A stretch of DNA of 64,000 nt, taken from assembly GCA_023213395.1 (NCBI GenBank), contig CM041465.1, positions 176,769,741-176,833,740 of the forward strand. The letters are read 5' to 3'. Of this stretch, positions 15,640-29,189 are shown in pieces. The position numbers and the translations under genes are program-made. Positions within the stretch are counted from its first letter, which is position 1. Each line of letters opens with the position of its first letter. Under the pieces are notes generated by a model. That model was not told the origin of the DNA. It made no database searches and saw only the letters and a program-made list of their open reading frames with translations. Origin of the DNA: Cycas panzhihuaensis. Lineage: Eukaryota; Plantae; Cycadophyta.

Positions 15640-18620
15640 CCACTTATTTTGTAAACTTATAAATGTATCTTTATAAACTCATACTTGATGACTCATTTGT
15701 GAAATGTCCCTTTACCTATTACCTTTGTTTCACCACTTCGTAAACTTATCTCTACTAACTTGCTCTCAACAACTCATTCATGAAAAGGTGAAATCTTCTT
15801 TACTCGCCATTTTTACTTGACTACTTTGTAACTCTATCTTTATAAAGTCACTATTAGTATTAAAATGTGAGAATAACTTTACTCATCGTCTTTGCTTCAT
15901 GACTTTGCACCTCTTTCTTTATAAAGTTACCCTTAGTGACCTAATTATGAAAATATAAGAACTTCTTTACCCATCATCTATGCTTTGCAACTTCACAACT
16001 CTATCTTTATAAAGTCAATTAAAAAAATCTGAGAACTTCTTTACTCATTATCTTTGCTTCAAAACTTTGTAACTTTATCTTGTTATGGTTAATATTCATC
16101 ACCTAACATTGCATTGGGAGTGTGCATGCCACCATAGTTGTATGGTAAGTATTATTTTAATGTCTGGTCTATTTTTTTTATTATTTTGAATTCTGTGCTG
16201 AAGAGGACTCTTGCCCTCCTCCCAAATATTTAATCTTTGGGGCCAAAACCCTCAGTGTTCTTCAACACCACCACTACTATAAATTTATTATCATTTGAAC
16301 AATATGGACTAAATACAATGTTTTGAATATGCATATGATTATCAATATGGATTAATGTATTCACTACTCCGCTCTCATCTCCGTACCATTCTTCATATGG
16401 TATCAAAGCTCCCAGGTTATTGACATTTGATTGTGCAGATCGATCTTCTCATACACTCAATGAAAGTGTAGCATATGACTGTTTATTAAACTTCTGGCAA
16501 CCTCATCTACCCAGCAAAGAAAATGGTTTAAAATTCCATCTTCTCTAGAAGGAGATCTAGCTCTCAGAAATTAACCATTGTGCCTTTATTTGACTATCAT
16601 TTACGTTCTTCATCTCTACGTTTATTATCTACATTTATACAAATTATTTATATTTTAAATAAAGCATTATATAGCTTTATTAATCAGTTATCTTCCTTAC
16701 GTAGCTCTCTTGTTCATTGAAAATAGTTCATATAATCACAATTAAAAGATGGATTATTGTCACAAATGCAGCTCCTTACACTCCTATTATCGCTACGATA
16801 AGTTTCAGCACTATGATTTGGAATGTATAAGCAAGTAAGCTCTGACTTATACCTGCATTCCATGCTACTGCAAAGGCTTTACTATTGTTCTCATAAATTG
16901 TAACAACTTCAGTCCATTACTGTTTGGGAGTTTTACATGGGAAGTTCACCCCTAGGGTAAACAAAACTAAAAATTTAAAAAGGGAAAAAGAAAATCCTTG
17001 TATGTCATTTAAACAAAATCGGTCTATCTTCTTATCTATTCTATTGTTTTTTATTCTCGATGTTGTTTATAATTTCCCATCTGCTTCATGTCTTCATTGT
17101 CATAAGCTAGGGAATATTCATCATCCATCACACTAAATCGTGTGCCATGTCTCTACAAGTATCACAATTTACATAGAACCAAGTTAGCCTCAAATTGAAT
17201 TACAAACCTAGTATATTAGTTGGTATAGGTTTGTGCAATCGTAAATGATTTAGATAACTTAAATCTATAATTGTTTAAGAGCTAAGAGTTTCGTATTGGC
17301 TCCTTATAGCAAAAACATTGGCCCTCATATACATCTCTCTAACAGAGTTGTTAATAATCCTCTTTAAGAAATTGATGACATCTGAGATCCTGGTTGTAAT
17401 GTTTGATCAAGATTTCCTATTGGGGATGTAATAGAGATGTTCCAATCTAAATTGTGGGGCTTACATGTCTATTACCGGTAGACTCAAACGATGGTAAATA
17501 GTTGTATTGATACAAATTTATTGAGGATTTTCATCTACGTAACTTCGTCATCACCACATATCTCAAGAATGTTACAGAGAATGTTATTGTAAATGATCTT
17601 TGGAAGTTTGTGAAAGATGGTTATGAACCAAATATTAAAGAAAATATGAGAAAGGATAATAAGGCTTTAGACTTAATTTTTTGTGCAATAGATGATACTA
17701 TATTCACTAGTGTTAGTGAAATGACCACATCCAAATCTATATGGGATGCCTTAGAAATGGTTTATGGGGAAGATACTTTAAAATTAAATGAAACTAACTA
17801 TATTGATGATGCTCTTCATGTGGGACAGATGTTAGAATAGGTGAACATTATTGAATTAACGAATGTTGAATACTCCAATAAAATTACTGATCATACTATT
17901 ACATTTAATGAGATTGTATGTACCTTTGACTTGATTAACTCTAATATACTAAAAGTTCAAGAAGACAAGTATTGTAAAGAAGCCACATCCACTCATTCAA
18001 GGCAAGCTTGGAAGCCACTTAAACCACATAGTGTTAAAAAAAACTACATTACAAGGATGCAGGTTGATGATTATTTTAAGGATGATGATAAAGCTAAAGG
18101 ACATGTGTTCAAATTTTTCCTAAAGTACAAGTATCACAAGTTTAAAGAAAAGTTGAAGATATATGTAATAAATATTAAGGGAGAGAATGTTAAGATTAAT
18201 ATTTATTAGCTAATATTGTATTTGAAGTGTGCACACCACCATAGTTATTATAGTAAGTATTATTTTAATGTCTTATCTATTTTTTATATTATTTTAAATT
18301 TTAGATTAAGGAGGGCTCCCACCGTCCTCCCAAATATTTAATCCTTGGGGCCAAAACCCCTTGGTGTTCTTCAACACCACCACTACTATAAATTTGTTAT
18401 CATTTAAATAACATGGATTGAATATAATGTTTTGAATGTGCAAATGATTATTAATATGGATTGGTGTGTTCACTATTTAGCTCTCGTCTCTTTTAACATT
18501 TTTCATATCTTTGTAGAATTACCCTTAGCAACCTAATTACAAAATTGCAAGAACTTCTTTACTTTGCAACTTTGCAAAAAATGTCACCCTTGATGACCCA
18601 ATTATGAAAATATGAGATGC
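15640..18620. repeat. Degenerate ~75-90-bp minisatellite, split by the copia-derived insertion at 16081-18505
   Basis: Recurring unit CT(A)TCTTTATAAAGT(C/T)AC...AAAATATAAGAACTTCTTTAC.CATC.TCTTTGCTT at 15640-16080, resuming in phase at 18506-18620. Confidence 0.7.
16081..18505 (+). mobile_element. Internally deleted, non-autonomous Ty1/copia-derived LTR element
   Basis: LTRs 16081-16395 and 18188-18505. PBS TGGTATCAAAGC at 16398-16409. PPT AAGGGAGAGAA before 18188. Perfect 5-bp TSD TATCT (16076-16080 / 18506-18510). Copia gag remnant (DLWKFVKDGY...KDNKALDLI...TSKSIWDALE, ~17595-17780) and a possible RNase H C-terminal remnant (KFKEKLKI) before the PPT. Confidence 0.9.
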
Positions 18621-19100
18621 CCCTCTTTCAAAGATTTGACTCAAGGGCCCACTTCAAGTGGTCATAACTTTCTCATTAGGCATATAATTCTAGCATCCTA
18701 CCACTTAGTTGAAAGATCTCAACAATCTCTTCACCTTAGAATAACTTTCAAATGCTAAAAAATAATTTGGGATGATGTTTCACCCCTTTAAACTTATCAT
18801 TATATTGAGTTTTTTAAAGTCTATAATAAGTGAGGTTTAAACTCTATAACTTTAAACTTGTATAACTTTTCCATCAAACATCTATTTTGAGACTTCTACC
18901 ATTTGATGGAAAGCTAAAAATTCTCTCTTTAACCTGATGGAATCATTCTTTATAAATTATGACATGAAGAACTAAATAATATACCCCAAATAAGTCATAA
19001 AGGACTTTAATCTAACAACTTACTCTTACATTGGTTTTTCCCGTATTCTTCCCTCTTTTATATCATATGCTCCTCTATATATGTTGCTTATCTAAGTAAT

Positions 19101-19291
19101 TTGAATGATTTTATATTATGCAAGCAACAAACAAAAAGAATTTTTATAATGATTAAGGTGTTAAAAGAGAAGAGATGTACACCTAGGTCTAGATGTTTGA
19201 ATGATTTTGTATTATGCAAGCAACAAACAAAAAGAATTGTTACAATGATTAAGGTGTTAAAAGAGACAAGATGTACACCTAGGTCTAGATG
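19101..19291. repeat. Tandem duplication, 96-bp period, 2 copies
   Basis: TTGAATGATTTT.TATTATGCAAGCAACAAAC...ACACCTAGGTCTAGATG at 19101 and 19197. Confidence 0.9.
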
Positions 19292-19568
19292 GACTACAAA
19301 CTTCACACAAAAATACTTATTAAATTAAAAAACTAGAATGGTACATCCTTACAGGTGGTGAAGCATGAATTAAGCTTTCACCTCATATAGGATGAACAAA
19401 TCTAAGAAAGGAAATATATTTTACATACTTGTTAAGGAAGTAAACTTGACCAAGGAAGGTTAAGAAAATTGGGTCCTTATAGCACTAAGGTAAAATCCCT
19501 ATCCATGGTGCTTTGCTAGAAAAGCCTATTTCATCCTAACCTTCTCATTAAGGTCCATAGGTCCATTA

Positions 19569-22500
19569 TATCATGGCACATTATATCATATCATGGCAAT
19601 AAAATAAACATACAAATATTATCATAAATGTCTTAGAAAATAAATATGTATTTTTTATAAAATAAATGAATATTCATTTTTTCCATTATTTTCATTAAAT
19701 AAAATAGTATAGGAAGAGTAATTTATTTTAGTTCTTTTATTGAGAACTAAGCTATAGTAGAAAAATACACCATAACAATTAGATTTTATTATGGAGAATA
19801 CTAATCATTAATGCAAAGGCATCTATATAATAGAAATAATCCATAGTAATTATGGGTAGTTATCAACTAAGGAACTTATTGGAAATGATATTTCATATGC
19901 TCTCTTGAACAGAACAGAAGCGATTGTGGAGTTTTGAAGGCTAGGGTTTGAACGGAGTGGTGGCGTAGGATGATTTGCAGACCTAGACATGATGGCGTCC
20001 ATCAAACGGCACAGGCAAGACTAATAGGTCCTTGCTTAAGGACTCAGTTGGGGCTGTTCATCCCACAGATCTATCTGTGATGGGAGGCAGGCTGACAAAG
20101 CAGATATAGTGGCACAGTTTAGGGCTTAACAACTAATGCAACGCTGGTGTGAGAGATGTCTAGGGACATCAACTCTAGTTTTTTCTGGATTGGCTGAACG
20201 AGCATGGTGACCTGAAGGCCTTAGGCGCAGGTTGTTTTGCCTGGGCTACGCTCTGCGTCTTCTCTTGTGAGTGTGAGAATGTTGTGACAGGCAGAAGGCA
20301 GGTTGGGATAACTAACATTTATTATTCAGAGGCAGAAAGACTGCTTAAAAATCCTGATCGAGAAGGTAGACAGGTTCAGATTGGTGAAGGTGGATATATA
20401 GAAGAGAATTTGGTCAATAGATCTCTGATCTGGACAAAGAAAACAGATAGAAAGCTTGAGGTTGAGTTGGTCTTAACCATGGTATGCTTATACTTTTCAT
20501 ATTTGGAATTTCTTTGCTATTTATAAATTTTAAACATGGAAAAGGATCATAATCCTCAAAACCAGAACCAGATCCCCAACCTATCACCAAGGAATCTTAC
20601 CGTGATGCACTAAAAATAAATGAGGAGGAAACATTTGACCTAACACCAGTGGTTGTGGATAACAAGGTTAGATTAAAAATCCCCTAAGCTCTTATAGAGA
20701 AAACTAAGAAACTTTGGGAGAACTACCTTGTTGGCAGATTCTCAGGACCTAGACTGGGTCTGGAAACTATTAGGAGCCAGACGAGGACTAAATAGAAAAC
20801 GGTAGGCAGCATGGAAGTAATAGCCATGCCTAAGGGTTCCGTGTTATTCAAGTTTTCTTCTTATGAAGATATGTCCAGCATTCTACTAAGGACCCCATGG
20901 ATGTTTGGCAGGAAAGCCCTGTCTCTCAAGAAATGGCATAGTGACTTTGATCCTTCTGTTCCCAAAATCAAACAAGCCCCTATATGGATCCAACTTCTGG
21001 GCCTTCCGTTACACCATTGGAACCCCAAAGTATTTAAAGGTATAGCAAAAGCGATGGGTCCTCTTCTAGCAATTGATTATGCGACAAAGAACTGGAGTAG
21101 ACTCATAAATGCTAGAATCTGCGCTTTAATACGGATTAATAAACCCCTCCTGGATGACATTTGGATGGATATGATGGATGGGAGCTGGGTACAGCTGTTG
21201 ATCTATGAAATGGGCATTTAAGATGTTCCACCTATAGAAACTTGGGGCATTTGCCCCAAAAGTGCCTAGGGGTACAACTTTCAAACGTTGAGAATACAAA
21301 GGGACCCTCAGAACTAAATCCCCAAGAAAAGAAGGAAAAGGAAAAAGGGGTAGTACTAGAGCACCCAGGCCAAATGGAGGAAGTTGAGGCCCATCATTTG
21401 AACCTGGGTTTTGACCCCAATGAGGAGGACACGCTCCTAGAGGAAGGCAAGCAAGTAGCATAGGTTCTTGTGGCCCCAGAAAGTCTGGTTGGCGAGGACG
21501 GTACAGGGGTCCCTACTCCTGTTGTGGCTCCTTCTAAGGCTTAAACTATCCTACTCGAACCACAGAGTACGCGGGATAAGGAAGTCATGTAGGGGTTGGG
21601 ATTACCCCCCCTGCTTACAAATGCCCCCTCCGTAGATGCTGAAGATGTAGCAAAAGAATCTGTGAATCTGGGGTAATTGGCTGGGGTTAAGGAGCCAGTA
21701 ATGCCCATATTGGAGGACCTAAGAATGCTAGATCCAGATCCCTTACCACAACCGATTTCCCAAAAGAAACAGCCGGGTGTGGGAGTAGAGAAGAAGGTAG
21801 GGAGGCCACCTTTGAAACTATAAAGAGAGAAAGAAACGATTGCCCAGGTAGACCAAGGTAGCCAGAAAACTCTAAAGGAAGTCTTCCTAGAAGGGCCTAT
21901 CCTTAGATCCAGAACTGAAGGTAGAGAGCCTCCAAAAGGTGAATCTGCTGAAGTTTGGAAGCAAAGGAAAAAAAGATGAAACTAATATCGTGGAATATTA
22001 GGGGACTCAATGCCCCTTCAAAACAGAGGATTATTAGGGATATGAGGAATAAATATCTCATAGACCTGATATTCTTGTAGGAAACCAAACTGAGCAAGGA
22101 GAATGGTCCAAGGGTTAGGAACAAAATTTGGAAGAACACCAAAGGTATTGAGATCGACTATGCCCAAGGAGTTGGGGGCTTAATGGTCCTATGGAATCTG
22201 TCGACATGGTCGGGAGAAATCTTCTTGGTTGATGATTCCTTTATCTCAGTGTGTTTAACAAATAAAAGTAACAACTTCTCATGGTTAGCCACAAATGTTT
22301 ATACCCTAAATATTCAAGAGGCCAGGAAGAGGCTTTGGGACAAATTATTGGCAACCCACAAGGACTGCTGACAGCCATAGCTACTAGCGGAAGATTTCAA
22401 CTTGGTGCTATCTCCAAGGGACAAGAGAGGTGGCACTAGTGGATGGATAACCAATATGAGAGAGTTCAGTGACTTCCTACAATAGGGGGGTCTGGTGGAT

Positions 22501-25500
22501 GTTAAGCTCATGGGTGCTTCTTTTACCTGGTCCAACAAGCACTTGGGGAATGATTTAATTCAAATTAAATTGGATAGGGTGCTAGTCAATTTTGACTGGA
22601 TGAGGTGGTTCAATAACTTCACCCTCGAGGCATTGCCGAGGATTAGCTCTGACCATTCCCCCCTCCTACTTCAATTTTCAGACCTGGGTAAATTTATTGG
22701 GTCACCCTTCAGGTTCGAATTAATGTGGCTTCGACACCCCGATCTTAGGAAAAGGGTCGAGGAATGGTGGGGAATTCAAATCAAAGGCCATGCAATATAC
22801 AGATTCTCAAAGAAGCTAGATTGGGTCAAAAGACAAGTTAAGGTATGGAACAAGGACATATTCCAAAATATATATGAGCAGAAGGACAAAACTATCTATG
22901 AATTGAAAGCAATAGAGGACAGGATTGAATGGATGGGTAGATCCCCAGAGCTAGACAAGACAAAGAAGGAGCTGGTTCAGACTCTGGATGAGATTCTCAT
23001 GAGAGAGGAAATCCACTAGAGATAAAAGTCTAGGGCTCTATGGCTGGCTGAAGGAGACAAAAACATAAATTTTTTCCATATGACCATAGTCAAACACAGA
23101 GCGAGCAACAGAATTACTAGTCTTCAAAAGGAAGATGGCACAGCTACAAGTTCGTTAGAAGGTATGAAGGAGTTGGCTAGTGAATATTTCAAGAATTTAT
23201 TCACTGAGCCGCAGGACAGGAACATGGATAGAAGGAAGGACTTCCTAAACAATATCCCTAGACTGGTGAATGAAGCTCAAAATGCTCAGCTGACAGCTCT
23301 GTTCACCCTGGAAGAAGTCAGGGTGGCTCTCTTTGGCATGAAGAAGGATGAAGCTCCAGGCCCCGATGGATTCCCTGTGGGCTTTTTTCAAGAGTTTTGG
23401 GATATTATTAAAGGAGATCTTATGGAAGCCTTACAGGAGTTCTATGTAAACAAAAAGATGTTGCAAGAATGGCAGACTACATTCCTTATTCTCATCCCTA
23501 AAAAAGAAGGAGCAAAAAGGATGGAAGAGTTTCACCCCATTAGTCTCTGTAATGTTAAATACAAGATTATAACCAAGGTCTTGGTCAACAGACTAAAGAG
23601 AATTATGCCAAATATCATCTTCCATAATTAGGATGGCTTCCTTCAAGGCAGACAGATTTATGACAGATATATTGTAGTCCACGAAATAATTCACTCAGCT
23701 GCAGAAAGGAAGGAGCTAGCGATGCTCATCAAGGTTGACCTCATGAAGGCCTTCGATAGGGTCTCCTGGGAGTGCCTGCTAGATTGTCTAGAGGCATTTG
23801 GCTTTGGGGAACTTTGGCGGTCATGGATAAAGCTGTGTATTGGCAATCCGTAATTCTCAGTTATTATTAATGGCTCATCTTCGAGCTTCTTTCCTAGCTT
23901 TAGGGGGTTGAGACAGGGTGATCCCCTCTCTCCCTTCCTATTCATCACGATGGTTGAGTTGTTGGGTAGAACCCTGAAATCCGCTAGGAGGCTAGGGCTT
24001 CTTAATGGCATTAAATCAACGTCGGGGATGGATAATATAGCCTATCATCAATTCGTAGATGATAATATCTTTTAGGGAAGGTGGCAGTAAGAGAGGCATC
24101 TAGATTTAAAGAGATTTTGGGGCACTTCGAGGAGGCCATGAACCAGAAGATAAGTTTGAAGAAGAGTAATGTCTTTTTCATAAATACCCCAGCTCGTATC
24201 CGAGGTAGGATCAACAGAATTCTAGATATGGACGTCAAAAAGCTTCCCACAATTTACCTCGGATTGCCTCTCTTTATTGGAAAGATGACCAAAGATATAT
24301 GGAACCCTCTTATCGATAGGATGCAAAGGAAGTTGGCGGGCTGGAAAGGCGCTCTCTTAAGCTTAGTTAGAAAACTCCAGCTAGTTGCCTCTACGCTACA
24401 GAGCATCCCAGTTTTTTGGATGTCCATCTTTAGGGTTTCACCTAGAATCTCAGATACTATTGAATCTATCCAGAAGAGATTCCTTTAGTCTGGGACAGAA
24501 AGTAAGGACAGGATTCATCTGGTGAGTTAGAGTAAAGTCTGTACTCTGAAATGGGCCGGTGGCCTCAATCTGAGAAGGCTTTCTCCCTTCAATGTCACTC
24601 TTGGGGAAAAGCTGGGGTGGCAACTACTCAAAGGTGGAGAGAGACTATGGGAGAAGATCCTATCAAGAAAATATATTCAAGGGGGTTCTCTTATGGATAA
24701 TAGTCTTTGGTAAATTTGGATCAAGTATGCGGAGGAGCATCCTTAAAGCATGGAAAGCTATCAGGGATGGCTTGAAATGGAGATTGGGAGATGGCAATTC
24801 CATAAGATTTTAGGAGGATGCGTGGTGTTGTGACAAGGCCCTGAAGGAATACCCAGACCTAGAGCCTACAATGGGTCCCTGTGTTAGGCAGTATGGCAAA
24901 TATGTAAAAGATTATTGGACTGGGAGAGAAGGAAGAAGGGACTGGAGGAATTTTGAGGAAATCCAAGGGGAAAGAAGCCTGTAGGAGGGTCTCAATAAGA
25001 TCAAAAGGATTCTAGGTAAGAGTTACATCCCTAGAACACCTTCGCCAGATTTGATTGTGTGGCCATTGAGTTCGACCAGGGAGTACACTGTTCAACAGGG
25101 TTACTAATACTTATGCTTAAAAAGAGGGGGCCAGAGAAACCTAATGCTAGAAGGAGTTTAGAGGCTCCCTCTCATCCCTAAGATAGCTCTTTTCTGGTGG
25201 ACTTGTTTTATGAACAAATACTCACTGTAGATAACCTCAAAAAGAGAGGATTTTTGCTGGCCAACAGATGTATTTTATGTTGCAAAGGGGAGGAGTCCAT
25301 CAACCATATCTTCCTTGAGTGTCCTTTTATAAGGGAAGTATGGAGGATGCTGCTCGAGAAATTGGAGGTGTGCTGGACATTCTCGCAAAAGACAGCTGAT
25401 CTTTGGCTTGCTTGGCAAAGCCCATTTAAAAGTAAAATTCTAAGCTGCATCTGGAGGAGTGCACTTCTAATACTGGCATGGAACGTTTGGAAAAAAAGGA

Positions 25501-27200
25501 ACCGAAGGATTTTCTAGGGGAATGAGAGGGACCAGATAGCCACCTTCAACAGAATCTGTATGGACATCAAAGAAAATATTAGAAACATTAAAGAGAAGCA
25601 CATAACCTTGACAAAGAACAAGATTTTGCTTAAATGGGGTATAGAGCCTGAATTTATGGCAACGAAGCCCAGATGTACTAGCTGGAGGCCTCCAGAGGAG
25701 CCCTGGATCAAAATTAATTTTGATGAGGTAACAAAAGGGAACCCCGGGGAAGCCGGGGGTGGGGGAACTTATAGGGACAACAAAGGTACCCTCATTAGGC
25801 CTTTGCAGATTACTACGAGCACCAAATGAACCACTATGCGGAAATGCATGCCATGCTCAAAGCCCTAAACTTAGCTCTCGAAGGGGACATCCAACGATTG
25901 GTAATTAAGGGGGATTCAGAGGTTGTTTTAAACACGCTAAAATGGGTGGCTCTCCCAGATTAGAGATTCCAGGCCATAATCCAAGATGCCAAGGAGATTA
26001 TTAAGGGAGTGGCAGATGTCTGTATAAGGCACACCTTGAGAGAAGGTAATAAAGCAGCTAATTTTTTGGCAAACTGGGGGGTGAGGAATAAGAAGGATCA
26101 AGTGTGGAGGTGTGATTTTTCTAGGGACCTCTTGGTTTTGGTTGAGAAGGATATGGTTTGTAGTAGCTAGCTGCAGGGCTTGTCCCAATAAACTAGTTCT
26201 CTTGCCTAAACCGTGGGGTTGTCACGTTTAACTCTGTTTTGGTAACTCATAGCTCTCTGATGTAATAGGTTGTGGGATCCTGATTCAAACCCACTTAAAT
26301 TCAATTTTATTTTATCAAAAAAAAATCAACTAAGGAACTTAGTATAGATAGCCATCAACTAAAGGTTTTAGCCATAGATTTATCGTGACCATATAATTTT
26401 ACTTATAAAAGTGGTCCTCTATTAGGTAACATCTCCATTGGTGTTGACATGGAAATGGTGTTAATGCCTCATTTTCTAAAAAGAGACTAGTCCATTGGTC
26501 ATCTTAGATTAGTCTCTCATAAGAGTCATCTTATGCTTTATGGCTTTCTTGAAGATGCTAGCCAACTATAAGTATGTGTTTTGTGATTAAGGATAGAAGA
26601 TGCATCCATATTTGTAACTTTAGAGTACCTCCCCCATTAGAATCTAATCTATCATATCTCTATAATAGGTCTAATCCATCATGTCCAATAATTAATAAGG
26701 CCTTATAACCCTTATAAGGACATGCATTCTTCCTTATTCAAGTACATTATAAAAACCCTTGAGAGTATTAGTGTATTTTGGCAATGAGGAAAGGCCCTTA
26801 TCTATGGTTCTTTATAATCATGGCCTTTTTTATCCCAATGTTTGTACCAAGATTCATAAACTCATCATGTCATGGCACATTGTATCATGTTATAGTAGTA
26901 AAATAAACATACAAATATTACCACAAATGTTCTAACCAATTAATATATATGTTTTTTATAAATTAAATGAATATTCATTTCTATATAATCTTCATGAAAT
27001 AAAATAAGATAAGAAAGACAATCCATTTCATTTCTCTTATAAAACATATAACTACAATAGAAGAATACCCTATAAAAAGCAGGGTTTATTATGGAGAATA
27101 TCTATCATCAATGTAAAGTTATAATGGAAGACAAATAGCCCATAATAATTATGAAAAGTCATCAACTAAAGGTTTCAACCATAGATTTATCATGCCCACA
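19569..27200. repeat. Diverged ~330-370-bp direct repeat pair; the first copy is interrupted by the L1
   Basis: Copy 1 = 19569-19878 + 26342-~26395. Copy 2 = 26868-~27200. Shared motifs include TCATGGCACATT, TAAAATAAACATACAAATATTA, TTTATTATGGAGAATA and CATCAACTAAAGGTTT...CCATAGATTTATC. Confidence 0.7.
19879..26324 (+). mobile_element. Full-length degenerate L1-clade LINE with C-terminal RNase H
   Basis: Perfect 17-bp TSD ATCAACTAAGGAACTTA (19862-19878 / 26325-26341) and 3' ATC(A)n. ORF1 remnants: DUF4283-like PWMFGRKALSLKKW...PIWIQL.GLPLHHW and a zinc knuckle (~20540-21900). ORF2 from 21977: APE endonuclease (ISWNIRGLN, KLDRVLVN, SDHSP), RT ([27 protein letters not shown]), zf-RVT (LTVDNL...CILC...ESINHIFLEC), RNase H (WIKINFD...KGNPG). 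Multiple stops. Confidence 0.96.
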
Positions 27201-29160
27201 TAGTTTTGGTGATAGAAGATAATTTTTAACTATTAAAAACCATTAATATAGGATTTTAAACCCTCTAATTTTCTATTTTCTTTTAATTTGCAAGTCTATT
27301 AATCATCTTGTTTATCATACAATCTATACTATAATTGTACAACGTCTATGTATTTAGTCCATATGGTTTACAACTATGGCAAGCATACAACTACTTCAAC
27401 AACATCTCCTTATTGTTTGTTATATTGCCATGCAACCTATTACCAGTATGTATACTCGACTAGAGACCTATATAACTTTGTCTTCTTATTATAGGATTTA
27501 TAAGACCTTTATACAACTATGTACATTGTGTATAACCTATCCTGAATAAATTCAAAACATAAATATTGAAAAATATATTCCAAAAAATTAGAAATGATTC
27601 TTGTGAATAAACTATTACCTTCTAACTCTCATGGTCTATGTTGGTAAACTTGCCTTTCCATGATGTAGAAACATGGGCTTTTAGAGTTATTAATGGCTAA
27701 AACTTATGGATCCTTTACACTCTAAGGTTGTGGTTATAACCTTACCTTCCATTCTTTCCTCTTTTTCTTATCACATGCACTTATGATGGCAAATGATAAT
27801 CAAACTCTTTTTTTCTTGACATATGATTATATATTAATAATTCTCTCAAGAGTTTTCTTATGGGATTTTAAGAATGGAGTTAGAATGTGAGATTTGCCTA
27901 GATCTCCATCCACCCCATTGTGCACTCACCTGGTGCAGTTTCTCCATATTTTAAGCCTTAATTTGGTCATTTTGAAGGTTAATTTATGTCATGTAATAAT
28001 AATTATACACTTGCACACTTTTTTATTTGCTTGCAAGGTGACTTATGACATTAATATAGCCTTTATCACATCAATAATGTTAGTGATAATCATTGAGATG
28101 ATAAAAATCTTAATACATAAGTGATTAATATAATTGTCTCCAAAATATAAAACTAAATGTTGCTACAATATTACGCATTTTTCAATTATGGATTATCTAT
28201 GAAATAAAAGAAGTACCTAAGAATGCACCATTAATAGTTTTGTAGAGATCGTTTCCATATGCACAAACTATTTCAAAAATGCCATTCATTATCAAATAAT
28301 GTATCAAGGTCAAAGTTTGGCATGTGATGGTTTCCTAAATAATGATTATGTCTTAAATAAGTTTCTATGTAGTTTTTATTGATCTTTCAAAAGTTATACT
28401 CTCATTAGTTGGTCTAAACTTAAGGGTTTCATACTTATATGTACCTTTGGTATAATAATAAAGAAAAACATCACGTGCTCTTAATCTTTACACTTTAGAT
28501 AATTAGATGATTGTCATTCAATGCCCTTATTCATAACTTTATAAGAACAAGAAAACATATCTAAAGTTTTGTAATCAATGTTAGGGCAAGTGCTCTATGC
28601 TTATGGTCAAACATTGATTAGAATGTTTGGTTATTTAGAAGATTCATAATTATATCTTGGGATTTATGGATGAATATAAAATATTAGTTTGATGGTTCAA
28701 ATCTAGTTAAATATAGAATATTCGAAACACATCAATTCTTTTGATTATTGAGGTAGCATAAAGCTAATTTCAATGAACCATTAATTATGATACCTTTACA
28801 TTGCACACATTAAGAAGAAAACTGATGTTGATAAGGGTGAAAAGGATAAGCGAACTACATATTCAAATGATGATTGTTATATTAGTGGTAACACCTAGTG
28901 TTGGTTAATTGTATGTTATTGTGAATGATTGTAATCAATTTAAATTAAAAGATTCACAGTATTTCAACTATCAAATCATGTCCATCTAATGATTATATTT
29001 AGTAATATGATTCAAAAGGAAGGGTATACACATGCAAGTTCAATCATGAGTAGAAATTCTACTTCAGTATCAAGTTATTTTTAACCCCCATACATTTGCA
29101 ACCTCATGTATATGACTTAATTGACTATTAATAAATATATTTTAACTTTCATATTCTTTG

Positions 29161-29189
29161 ATAATAATAATAATAATAATAATAATAAT
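29161..29189. repeat. (AAT)n microsatellite
   Basis: About nine AAT units, directly visible. Confidence 0.9.
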
